Origin: Mustelus asterias
Taxonomy: Eukaryota
Assembly: GCF_964213995.1 (NCBI RefSeq)
Contig: NC_135823.1
Location: 49,538,001 to 49,602,000 of the forward strand
Direction: 5' to 3'
Length of the DNA: 64,000 bases
Shown: piece by piece, positions 46,798 through 58,206 of the stretch
Position numbering within the stretch: the first letter of the stretch is position 1
Layout of the letters: every line of letters begins with the position of its first letter
Translations under genes and position numbers: made by a program
The notes under the pieces: generated by a model
The model's database searches: none
Told to the model about the DNA's origin: nothing
The model's input: the letters and a program-made list of their open reading frames with translations, nothing else

Positions 46798-49700
46798 GTG
46801 AGTGTCACAGCCTGACTCTTCGTGTTTTTTTGTTTCTTGTCAAGTGATAAATGGCTTCTGACACGTCAGCTGTTTCAGAAGGAGCAAAACACGCTCCGAA
46901 GACTTGGGCACATTAATCCTGATTGAGCAGTACTGAGGGAGTTCTGCACTGCCCGAGGTGCTGTCTTATAGATGAAACTGAGGCCTTCTCAGGTGGATGT
47001 AAAAGATCTGAAAAGAGCAGGGTAGTTCTCCCTGGTGTTCTGTCCAATATTTATTCCTCAACCAACCTAGAATCATAGAATCCCTACAGTGCAGAAGGAG
47101 GCCATTCAGCCAATTGTGCGGAATTTTCCGGTCCCGCTCACGACAGGAATTGTAGCGGGCGGGACACGGACCATCCAAACGTCCGTTGACCTTGGGCAGG
47201 ATTTTCCGATCTTGGGGCGAGCATGACCGGAAAATCCTGCCCATTGAGTCTCCACCAACTCCGACAGAGCATCTTACCCAGGCCCTAACCCCCATAACCC
47301 CACATATTAACCTCACTAATCCCTCTACACGTCTTGGGACACTAAGGGGCAATTTAGCATGGCCATTCCACCTAACCTGCACATCTTTGGACTGTGGGAG
47401 GAAATTGGAGCACCTGGAGGAAACCCACGCAGACACGGGGAGAACATGCAGACCCCACACTGACAGTCACCGGAGGCCAGATTGAACCAGGGTTCCTGGC
47501 GCTATGAGGCAGCGGTGAAAACCACTGTGCCACCCTTATTAGTGACATCACAAAAACCTTCCATTTGTCGTCCTTTGTTCTCAGTCGAGGACTCCCCCGC
47601 CGTGGTCGACAGGGCTCTCAACTGCGTCAGGGCCATTTCCCGCATTTCTGCCCTCACTCTTTCCCCTCCCTCCCAGAACCACAGGAGAGTTCCCTTGTCC
47701 TCACTTTCCATTTCCCCAATCTCTGTATTCAATACAGATTCTCCCCCGTCGACTCCAGCATGATACCTCCACCAAACTCATCATCCCCTTCCCTACCCTG
47801 TCAGCATTCTGAAGTCTCACAACACCAGGTTAAAGTCCAACAGGTTTATTTGGTAGCAAAAGAATAGTGAATAGAACTCCCACTCACCCGACAAAGGGGC
47901 AGCGCTCCGAAAGCTAGTGGCTTTTGCTACCAAATAAACCTGTTGGACTTTAACCTGGTGTTGTGAGACTTCTTACTGTGTTTACCCCAGTCCAACGCCG
48001 GCATCTCCACAGCATTCTGAAGGGCCTTTCCCTCCACGACACCCTGGTCCACTCCTCCGCAATGCCTCATCTTCTCTCAGCACTTTTCCAGGCAATCGCA
48101 GGAGGTGAAATACCTGCCCATTTACCCCATCCCTCCTCACCGTCCAAGGCCCCACATACTCCTTCCAGGTGAAGCAGAGATGTACTTGCACTTCTTCCTA
48201 TTTAGCATTCATTGCTCACAATGCAGTCGCCTCTACTCTGGGGAGACTAAGTGCAGACTGGGTGACCTCTTTGCAGAACACCTTCACACAATCCACAAGA
48301 CCCTGACCTTCCTGCTTTTTGCCATTTCAGCTCACCATCTAACTCTCACGCTTCTGTCCTTGGCTTGCTGCAATGTAAGAAGTTTAACAACACCAGGTTA
48401 AAGTCCAACAGGTTTATTTGGTAGCAAAAGCCACACAAACTTTCGGAGCTCCAAGCCCCTTCTTCAGGTGAGTGGGAATTATGTTCACAAACAGGGCATA
48501 TAAAGACACAGACTCAATTTACATGAATAAGGGTTGGAATGCGAATACTTACAGCTAATCAAGTCTTTAAGAAACAAACAACGTGAGTGGAGAGAGCATC
48601 AAGACAGGCTATAAAGATGTGTATTGTCTCCAGACAAGACAGCCAGTGAAACTCTGCAGATCCAGGCAAACTGTGGGGGTTACAAATAGTGTGACATGAA
48701 CCCAATATCCCGGTTGAGGCCATCCTCGTGTGTGCGGAACTTGGCTATCAGTTTCTGCTCAGCGACTCTGCGCCGTCGTGTGTCGCGAAGGCCGCCTTGG
48801 AGAACGCTTACCCGAATATCAGAGGCCGAATGCCCGTGACCGCTGAAGTGCTCCCCAACAGGAAGAGAACAGTCTTGCCTGGTGATTGTCGAGCGGTGTT
48901 CATTCATCCGTTGTCGCAGCGTCTGCATAGTTTCCCCAATGTACCATGCCTCGGGACACCCTTTCCTGCAGCGTATCAGGTAGACAACGTTGGCCGAGTT
49001 GCAAGAGTATGTACCGTGTACCTGGTGGATGGTGTTCTCACGTGAGATGATGGCATCTGTGTCGATGATCCGGCACGTCTTGCAGAGGTTGCTGTGGCAG
49101 GGTTGTGTGGTGTCGTGGTCACTGTTCTCCTGAAGGCTGGGTAGTTTGCTGCGGACAATGGGCTGTTTGAGGTTGTGCGGTTGTTTGAAGGCAAGAAGTG
49201 GGGATGTGGGGATGGCCTTGGCGAGATGTTCGTCTTCATCAATGACATGTTGAAGGCTCCGGAGGAGATGCCGTAGCTTCTCCACTCCGGGGAAGTACTG
49301 GACGACGAAGGGTACTCTGTCCACTGTGTCCCGTGTTTGTCTTCTGAGGAGGTCGGTGCGGTTTTTCGTTGTGGCGCGTTGGAACTGTTGATCGATGAGT
49401 CGAGCGCCATATCCTGTTCTTATGAGGGCATCTTTCAGCGTCTGGAGGTGTCTGTTGCGATCCTCCTCATCCGAGCAGATCCTGTGTATAAGGAGGGCTT
49501 GTCCGTAGGGGATGGCTTCTTTAACGTGTTTAGGGTGGAAGCTGGAGAAGTGGAGCATCGTGAGGTTATCCGTGGGCTTGCGGTACAGTGAGGTGCTGAG
49601 GTGACCGTCCTTAATGGAGATGCGTGTGTCCAAGAATGCAACCGATTCCGGAGAGTAGTCTATGGTGAGTCTGATGGTGGGATGGAACTTGTTGATGTCA

Positions 49701-52700
49701 TCATAGAGTTGTTTCAGTGATTGTTCACCATGAGTCCAAAGGAAGAAAATGTCATCTATGTATCTAGTGTATGGCATCGGTTGAAGGTCCCGTGCGGTGA
49801 AGAAGTCTTGTTCGAACCTGTGCATGAAGATGTTGGCATATTGAGGTGCGAATTTGGTCCCCATGGCTGTTCCGTGTGTCTGGATGAAGAACTGGTTGTT
49901 GAAGGTGAAGATATTGTGGTCCAGGATGAAGCGGATGAGATGTAAAATTGCATCTGGAAATTGGCAGTTGTTGGCGCTGAGCACTGAGGCCGTTGCAGCA
50001 ATGCCAGAAACTGATAGCCAAGTTCTGCACACACGAGGACGGCCTCAACCAGGATATTGGGTTCATGTCACACTATTTGTAACCCCCAGTTTGCCTGGAC
50101 CTGCAGAGTTTCACTGGCTGTCTTGTCTGGAGACAATACACATCTTTTTAGCCTGTCTTGATGCTCTCTCCACTCACGTTGTTTGTTTCTTAAAGACTTG
50201 ATTAGTTGTAAGTATTCGCATTCCAACCATTATTCATGTAAATTGAGTCTGTGTCTTTATATGCCCTGTTTGTGAACAGAATTCCTACTCACCTGAAGAA
50301 GGGGCTTGGAGCTCCGAAAGTTTGTGTGGCTTTTGCTACCAAATAAACCTGTTGGACTTTAACCTGGTGTTGTTAAACTTCTTACTGTGTTTACCCCAGT
50401 CCAACGCCGGCATCTCCACATCATTGCTGCAATGTTCCAGTGAAGCTCAACACAATATTACCTCATGGGCACTTTATAGCCTTCTGGACTCAACATTGAG
50501 TTAATCAACTATACACTATGTAATCAGTCCTCCATTTAATTCTTTTTCCCCAAAAACTGCCAGTTTGTAACAAGTCCTCATGTTTTTGCGTTCGGACAGA
50601 GCTAATGGTTATTCTGCTATTCACACCTACTCTGGATCGAATCTTTGTGTCTTTAATTCTATCATTACCACTCCATTTGCCGTTGGTTCCTTGACAACTT
50701 TGGCATTTAGTCACCTCTACCCTCTGGCTAAACCTATCCCTTTTGCTCCACCTGTTCCTCTACCCCTTTTCAACAATGCAAAAACCCGTCGCATTCCTGC
50801 CTCACTTGAGTTCGGAAGAAGTCATATTGGACTCAATATGTTAACCCTCTTTCTCTCTCCACAGATACTGCCAGACCTGCTGAGTTTTTCCAACACACTC
50901 TTGTTTTTATTTCAGATCTCCTGCATCCGCAGTATTTTGCTTTTATCACAAAAAAATTGCCTGGGTCATTATGTCATTGTTTGTGGGATCTTGCTGTGCA
51001 CAAATTGGCTGCCAAGTTTACTATTTTAACACCAGTGACCACACTTCAATAATAATCCTGGAAAATTGGCTGGAAAATGTTTGGGACATCTGGAAATTAT
51101 GGAAAAGCTCTATGTCAATGCAAGCCTTTAAATTTACACAACAGTTGAATCGTTGTTAAATATTTGCATGTTGTATCGTTGCCTTTATTGGTTGGGAAGT
51201 AAGTATTGTAAATGTGTTTTGAAATGATGGAGATTGAGAAAACTGCTACAGGTTGTTCAGGCTCTAAGTTGACAAGTTTTCCCCGAATCCTGTGTCATTT
51301 GGGGCAAAGACACAGACATAAAAATCAAAGATGGATCTGAATTAATGTAAAATGGATATTTCTGAATTAAGCAGTAGGTCAGTTTGTAGAAAGAAGTTAT
51401 GTCTTAATATTTCAAAGGGGTGTGTCCCTCATCAACCTGAATTGATGCTACAACCCCTGGTCTTAAAGTCATGGTTCAGTATTATCTGCCAGCATTATTG
51501 ATGGTAGTAACTGTAAATAGATACAGGTTATTGCCCGTCACTGTCAATGCATGGAAAGCTCACTGGGGTTCAAAGTGCACAAGCACTCCAGTCACACCCT
51601 GGGAGAAAGAAGAAACAACATATTTTCATTTTTATCACACGGTCAACCACAACCTCAGGTAATGAAGTAATTTATAAAGTGTAGTCACTGTTGTAATGTA
51701 TGGATCACAGCAGCTAAATTACACACAGCAAGCTCCCACAAAGAGCAACATGGTAATAACTAGCTAATAATGACCACTACTGTTTCAGTCATATTGTTTG
51801 AGGGGTAAATATTGGCCAGACAACAGGAAGAACTCCCCTGTTCTTCTTTGAATCATAGAATCCTACAGTGCAGAAGGAGGCCATTCGGCCCATCGAGTCT
51901 GCACCAACCACAATCCCACTCAGGTCCTATCCCCATGACCCAGGCATTTACCCTAGCTAGTCCGCCTGACACTAAGGGGCGATTTAGTATAGCCAATCCA
52001 CCTAACCCGCATATCTTTGGACTGTGGTAGGAAACTGGAGCACCCGGAGGAAACCCACGCAGACACGGGGCGAAAGTGCAAACTCCACACAGACAGTGAC
52101 CCGAGGCCGGGAGTCGAACCCGGGTCCCTGGCACTGTGAGGCCACTGTGAGGCAGCAGTGCTGGCCACCGTGCCGCCCCAATCATTTACGTCCACCTAAG
52201 AAAACAGACAGGGCCTTGATTTAACATCTCATCTGAAGGACCAGCACCGCTGACAGTGCAGCACTCCCTCAGTACTGCAATGTCAGCTTGAATTTAAGCA
52301 TTCGGATCTCTGGGGTAGAATGTGAACCCACAATGTTTGCCAAAAGCTTTAATTAGTGGGCACAGTCTGTCCCACAAGTTGTTAAAAGTGTTAAATGTGT
52401 CTGGTAGATTGGTTATTCATTGTCTTGCTCAGTTTGACTCTTGCCTAGACTCCAGTCCCAGTCTGAACTGAGCAAGCTGGTCTTTGGTAACTTTGATCTA
52501 CTGGGGAACTGGTGAAGCTACTGGTGGCTTCAGAGCCCGTGAGGAGGAGGAAATCAGCTTGTTTTCTGCTTCTGCTCCACTAAATCTTTCTGGTGGCAAA
52601 TTAGTGCAGATCACAAGTTAGTTCAAGCCTGGCCATTATGGCTTCATGATCTGTGCTTGTTGAGGGTGAACTTGGCATTAGTTTTGCGAATCGTGACATA

Positions 52701-54467
52701 AAGCTTACCTAATTTACCCAGCCAGCTTTGCAATACATGATTAGCGTAGTTTAGAATGTTCTAGTGAGTTAACGGGTTCAAAAAGGTGATAATTGAGTAA
52801 GGAGATGGTTTCTTATGCAAGAGGGAGCTGGGGTGGTTCCAAACAGAGGAGACAGGTCAAAACAAGTCATGTAGACAAGAGTATAAAGGTTGGACTCTAG
52901 GGATGATTGGGAGCAAAAACGCCAGGAACCAGCATTTGAACAAGGAACCCTGAGTCAGGGACTCAGTGACAGAACTGACTACTCCGAGACTGATCACCTC
53001 GGCTAGACATGGTAGTATTGTGTGTGAATTGCGAAGTTTGCACATTTTTTGTAACTTGTTTCTTATTGGACTTATTAATAAAATATATTGTACTCACTAT
53101 TGGTGTCTATAATACTTGCTGTTACCTTGCTGGTTCTTGATGTTGTTGGCCAGGAGTTGGCCAACAGGCTAAAGTAGCAAAAAAATGTCCGCCAGGGTAA
53201 AGTATCAGGGAGCCAGAGCCCAAAATGTGTCACCAGCTCCAGGAAAAGATGGGTATGGGGATAAGGTTTGAGAGCCTTGCTACGTATTGTAAAACCCTGT
53301 ATTTAATCAACCCTTTACGGTTTATCTTTCAGAGGTGATCCTGATATATGTGACATCTGGGGCAATACCCCCTTGCACCACGCTTCAACCAATGGCCACC
53401 TTCACATTGTCACTTTCTTGGTCAACTTTGGAGCCAACATTTGGGCTTTGGACAATGATTTCCATTCCGCCATGGACGCTGCAGCCAATAAGGATCGAAT
53501 GGAATGTGTTCGCTTTCTGGACACAGCTGCCACCAAGCAAACCATCATGAATCCAAAGCAGGTCGCCAGGCTGAAGGACAAGGCAATAAAGGACTGCGAG
53601 AAACAGATCAAAGTGTGCGAAAGACGCAAGAAAAAGCACCAAAATCGGATGAACAAGAAATATAGCCGAGAGATGGAAGGCCAGAGCAACAGCGCTGCCC
53701 CAGTACAGAGTGGGACTGTATCTAGTGTCAGCGACCTCTTCAAATTAGGGGGATCACATCACAAAGGGAGCATTTCTTCCATCATGAAAGGATCCCTGCA
53801 GAAGAGACTTCAGAAGAAGGGTAGCAGCAAAGGCAATGTGGAGCAGCAACTAGGAAAAGATGTCATCTTTGTAAGTCAAGAAGGCAGCAGCGGGACTCGG
53901 GCCAATGTATTCGATGTGTTTAATGAAGGAGATGAGGAGAATGCAGCCTCTCCTGATTTGAAATGCTCTGAAGATGGTAATGTTTTCGGTCAGGAGTCGC
54001 TCTTCAATCGACCTGGTTTGGGGAACATGCTCTTCAGAAGGAACTTTGTCTTGGGTTTAAATGTGGAAGAGGAAATGTTCAGCAGTAATGAGGTGGAAGA
54101 CGTTGGTTCCAAATTGCGTAGCGAAGTATTGAAACCCAAGGAAAGGTTCACAGAGCCTGAAACCTTGGACGAATTCAATGAAGAACAGGAAGACGATCTG
54201 CCCTGGAATGAGGATGACATCGGTCTAGATGATGACGAGCCGGAGACAACACCACTTGAAACTTTCTTGGCATCTCAGAACATGACAGAGTTTATCCCTA
54301 TCCTGGCCAGAGAACAGATAGACCTGGATTCCCTCGTGCTGTGTACCGACGGAGATTTGAAAAGTATCCATCTGCCACTCGGACCACGGAAAAAGATTAT
54401 TTCTGCAGTAGAAAGAAGGAAATTAATCTTGGAAGCACCAAACAAACTAGCGGATACTGTATTGTAA
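46634..54467 (+). CDS. ANKS4B: Ankyrin repeat and SAM domain protein 4B (USH1G/SANS family), join(46634..46797,53333..54467), 432 aa
   Basis: N-terminal ankyrin repeats ([19 protein letters not shown]), central [10 protein letters not shown] motif, SAM domain (LETFLASQ...LGPRKKI) and C-terminal PDZ-binding DTVL. Convergent CRYM neighbour matches human ANKS4B synteny. Confidence 0.88.
47068..47535 (-). mobile_element. HE1-like V-SINE interrupted by a MITE
   Basis: Family consensus split at 47116-47242. Confidence 0.8.
47116..47242. mobile_element. 127-bp MITE with 3-bp TSD (Harbinger-like); truncated reverse copy at 27522-27619
   Basis: Imperfect TIRs gtgcggaattttccggtc / gaccggaaaatcctgccc; ATT on both sides. 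Confidence 0.75.
47815..48009 (+). mobile_element. Short non-autonomous Penelope-derived inverted-repeat insertion
   Basis: Inverted pLTR end plus tail ...ccagtccaacgccggcatctcca; 13-bp direct repeat CAGCATTCTGAAG at 47802 and 48010. Confidence 0.85.
48377..50423 (-). mobile_element. Young 5'-truncated/inverted Penelope-like retrotransposon (RT + GIY-YIG endonuclease) with inverted pseudo-LTRs
   Basis: Open frame 48680..~50003 with [24 protein letters not shown] and VVYLIRC...YIGET. Arms 48377-48757 and 50005-50385 are inverted copies. Tail at 50386-50423. 12-bp TSD TTGCTGCAATGT at 48365 and 50424. Confidence 0.93.
51850..52178 (-). mobile_element. HE1-like V-SINE (tail A)
   Basis: Family consensus. 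Confidence 0.85.
53333..54467 (+). CDS. ANKS4B: ANKS4B exon 2
   Basis: Acceptor tatctttcag; [15 protein letters not shown] through the SAM domain to DTVL*. Confidence 0.92.
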
Positions 54468-54677
54468 GTATCACTGTATCAATAGCATATAATGGTGTTT
54501 GCTAACCTGTTAGAGACATGTTGTGTTCTCCTTTAACAAGTATTAAGTATCATTTATTCATTACATCCTCCTTTAACTGGGGTATCTACAACTAAAGATC
54601 AATAGCCTTTATGTGACTTTAGTGGTACCATAAGGTGCTTCAGTTGGTAGCACTTTCATCTCTGAGTCAGAAAGGTA

Positions 54678-54977
54678 AAAGTTTATTTATTCGTGTCACA
54701 AGTAGACTTCTATTAACACTGCAATGAAGTTACTGTGAAAATCCCCGAGCCGCCACACTCTGGCGCCTGTTCGGGTACACTGAGTGAGAATTTAGCATGG
54801 CCAATGCACCTAACCAGCACGTCTTTTGGACTGTGGGAGGAAACCGAAGCACCCGGAGGAAACCCACGCAGACACGGGGAGAACATGCAGACTCTGCACA
54901 AATAGTGACCCAAGCCGGGAATCGAACCTGGGTCCCTGGCGCTGTGAGGCAGTGGTGCTAACCACTGTGCCACCGTG
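54678..54977 (-). mobile_element. V-SINE (tail B)
   Basis: Family consensus. Confidence 0.85.
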
Positions 54978-56019
54978 GTGTAGGTTTAAGTCCCACCGCA
55001 GGACTTGGCCACAGGGACTGCAGCAGTTCAGGAAGGCACCATCTTCTCAAGGGTAACGAGGGATGGGCAATAAATGCTGGCCTAGCAAATGACACCCTCG
55101 TTCTGTAAATAAATAAAGCAAAAGTTGAGACTCATTGTCCAGCGCAGTACAGAGGAAACTGAGGTGTGGAGTGTCAGATGGGACGTTTATCCGAGGCCCT
55201 ATCTATCTTCTCAGGTTTTACGTAAACAGTTCCACAGCCACTTTTCAAAAAAAAGTGAGATCCTCACAACTGACTTTAGTCTACACTGGTTGAATTTTAT
55301 TGTCTGCTGAAGTGGTCTAAACAAACTGTGCTGATTCACAAACAAGGCAGCTCACCACCACCTTGTCAGGGTGGATGGAGATGGCGATCATTGCAACTCT
55401 ACTCGTGAAGCCCACATCCAAGAACTAAATGTTACCTTGGTTTCTCCCTCTACTCAGGAGTTCTAGGACAGGGGGACATTTGCTTTGCTCAATCAATGGA
55501 TTATGCTCTGTATTTGGTTGCCTCAGTAAATCTCCAGATCCCTGATGTCAGGTTTGCTGGGTTTCATGTGGCTGTGAGCCAGATGTGCATTTTTCTACAC
55601 AGGTGTCTCCTGGAATCTCCACCTGTAGGTGCAAGAGTGGAACTCCTTTGGCAAGATGATGAAAGTCATGCAATGTTTTCCTTGCACCCAATTATTAATG
55701 TCTAAAATATTCTCCCTCTTTGACTATGTTTGGAAACAAAGGCAATGGAGAGAAACCTGATTTAAGAAAAAATGCCATAACAGTCCATGAAAAAAACCCA
55801 AACAAAGGGAGAAAAGATTGCAAACTAAAACAGAGGAAGGTAGGTAAGAAACAAGAGATAAGTGATCCTATGAAAGGGGACAACCTATCTCGTGTGTCTC
55901 AGGTAGGGTATCAAGTCATAATCACAGCCACAAGTTGTAGAATGCATCCAAGCCTGAGAGACCCAGATCAGAACCAATTTACAACAGTTGATAACTCCCT
56001 CAGGCGAGGTAAGAGTGAC

Positions 56020-57040
56020 TGCCATTGACTACGAGCCAGCATCTGACCAAGCATGGCATCAAAGAGCCCTAACAAAATTGAGGTGTTTGGGAATTGAGGA
56101 GCAAACTCTTCACTGGTTGAAGTCGTGCCTGGCACAAAGGAAGATGCTTGTGGTTGTTGGAAGCCAATCATCCCAACCCCACAGCATCACTGCGGGAGTT
56201 CCTCAGTCCCCCCCCCCGCCCCCACCACCACCCCGCCCCGGCCATCATGAGATCAGAAATGGGGATGTTTGCTGATTTTTTTTCCGTGTTCAGGACCACT
56301 TGCAACTCCTCAGAAACAGAAGCAGTCTGTGTCCATAGGCACCAAGACTTGGAACATTCAGGCTAGGGCTAATAAGGGGCAAGTTGTTTCTCACAGTTGC
56401 CAGGCAATAAGTATCTCCAGCAAGAGAGAATCTAACCACTTCCTGACATTCAATGTGTTAAACCATCAACATTCTGAGGATTACCAGTGACCAGAAACTG
56501 AACTAGACCAGCCGTATAAATACAATGGCAACAAGAGCTGCACAGAGCCTAGGAAATCTCCAGAGAGCAACTAACCACCTGACTCCCCAAAGCCTGTTCA
56601 CCATCTATAAGGTACAAGTCAGGTGTGTGATAGAAAATCCCCGCTTGCCTGGATAACTGCAGTTCCAACAACACTCATGTTCCACATCATCCAGGACAGC
56701 CCACTTGATTGGCACCCCATCCACCACCTTAAACATTCACTCCTTCCACTACTGATACACAATGTCAGCAGTGCCATTTACAAGATGCAGTGCAACAATG
56801 CTCCAAGCCTCCTTCGACAGCCCTTTCCAAACCTGCAACCTCAACCATCTAGAAGAACAAAGACGCATGGGAAAACCACTACCAGGAAGTTCTCCTCAAA
56901 GTCACGCACCGCGCTGACTTGGAACGAGATCGCCTTCACCGCCACTGGGTCAAAATCCTGGAACTCTGTCCCTTACACCAGATAGATGGCAGCAATTCAA
57001 GAAGGCAGTTCGCCACCTCCTTTTCAAGGGCAATGAAGAA
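56020..57040 (+). mobile_element. Degenerate non-LTR retrotransposon 3' fragment (related pieces at ~2470-4070 and 15840-16375)
   Basis: RT remnants (DQAWHQRALTKL, ITAGVPQ, MFAD) and a shared 3' segment ...ttctcaagggcaattagggatgggcaataaatgctgg seen in several copies. Confidence 0.65.
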
Positions 57041-57493
57041 TATTCAATGAACTTGCTGCAAGCAGGCCTCAAACTTGCATCAGGAAACCCCACCGGATTT
57101 CAAGTCTGAAGTCTGAACCATTGAGCCATCGCAAGATGGGCAACAAATTCCACTCCCATAAATAGTAAACAAGTGTAAGGTTAGACCCTGTCATAGTGAT
57201 TGCTACAGTTTAATGGGAAATGCAACCAGTACTTGAAACAAATTCTTCACCAAAGTGACGAGCTTTAGAACATGAATGAGAAACAAGAGGAATGAATTGT
57301 GATACTACAATGGTTGTGTGTGATACTATTAACACTTATTTATTTATCTGTTTCCATTGGCTCTGTTTGTAAAATGGAAGAAAATTGCCTGCTGGGAATG
57401 TGCGTTGCCTGCTGGGAATGCGCGTTGCCTGCTGGGAATGCGCACTCCCTGCTGTGGTACTGATCCAGAGAAACACCAGGATGTTCTGTGCTC

Positions 57494-57802
57494 TGTTAGC
57501 CCTGCCCACCTGGACAGGTGTTAGCCCTGCCCACCTGGACAGTTGTTAGCCCTGCCCACCTGGACAGGTGTTAGCCCTGCCCACCTGGACAGGTGTTAGC
57601 CCTGCCCACCTGGACAGGTGTTAGCCCTGCCCACCTGGACAGGTGTTAGCCCTGCCCACCTGGACAGGTGTTAGCCCTGCCCACCTGGACAGGTGTTAGC
57701 CCTGCCCACCTGGACAGGTGTTAGCCCTGCCCACCTGGACAGGTGTTAGCCCTGCCCACCTGGACAGGTGTTAGCCCTGCCCACCTGGACAGGTGTTAGC
57801 CC
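57494..57802. repeat. 25-bp tandem repeat TGTTAGCCCTGCCCACCTGGACAGG, ~12.4 copies
   Basis: Near-perfect copies (one G>T); preceded by three copies of a 20-mer at 57385-57443. Confidence 0.95.
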
Positions 57803-57898
57803 CAATGTTTCCTATATTCCAACAGCAAATTCTTCAAAAAATAGTTCATTGGCTGGAAAGCACTTTTGGGCCTCCTGAGATCATGAAACACACTTTAA

Positions 57899-58206
57899 GT
57901 TTAAAGATTATTTATTAGTGTCACAAGCAGGCTTACATTAACACTGCAATGAAGTTACTGTGAAAATCCCCTAGTCGGCACGCTCCGGCACCTGTTCAGG
58001 TACACTGAGGGAGAATTTAGCATGGTCAATGTACCTAACCAGCGTATCTTTCGAACTGTAGGAGGAAACCGGAGCACCCGGAGGAAACCCACGCAGACAC
58101 GGGGAGAACGCGCAGACTTCGCGCAGACTTCACACAGACAATGACCCAAGTTGGGAATCGAACCTGGGTCCCTGGCGCTGTAAAGCAATGCTGCTAACCA
58201 CTGTGC
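57899..58206 (-). mobile_element. V-SINE (tail B)
   Basis: Family consensus. Confidence 0.85.

Larger units (their letters stand above)
47560..50945 (+). mobile_element. Older degenerate Penelope-like element hosting two younger insertions
   Basis: Broken GIY-YIG remnant ([17 protein letters not shown]; LLQCSSEAQ, split by the young element; PSGLNIE) and a pLTR/tail ending ...gcatccgcagtattttgctttt. Confidence 0.7.

Noticed and set aside
46634-54467. Calling the ankyrin-SAM gene USH1G
   Set aside because: The shorter central region, ANKS4B-type residues and adjacent convergent CRYM favour ANKS4B.
57494-57802. CRISPR-like array
   Set aside because: Head-to-tail identical units with no unique spacers, no cas genes, and a eukaryotic context.
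1770-58206. Minus-strand excess of SINE copies
   Set aside because: Small sample, and the bias does not track host gene orientation; cannot be distinguished from chance here.
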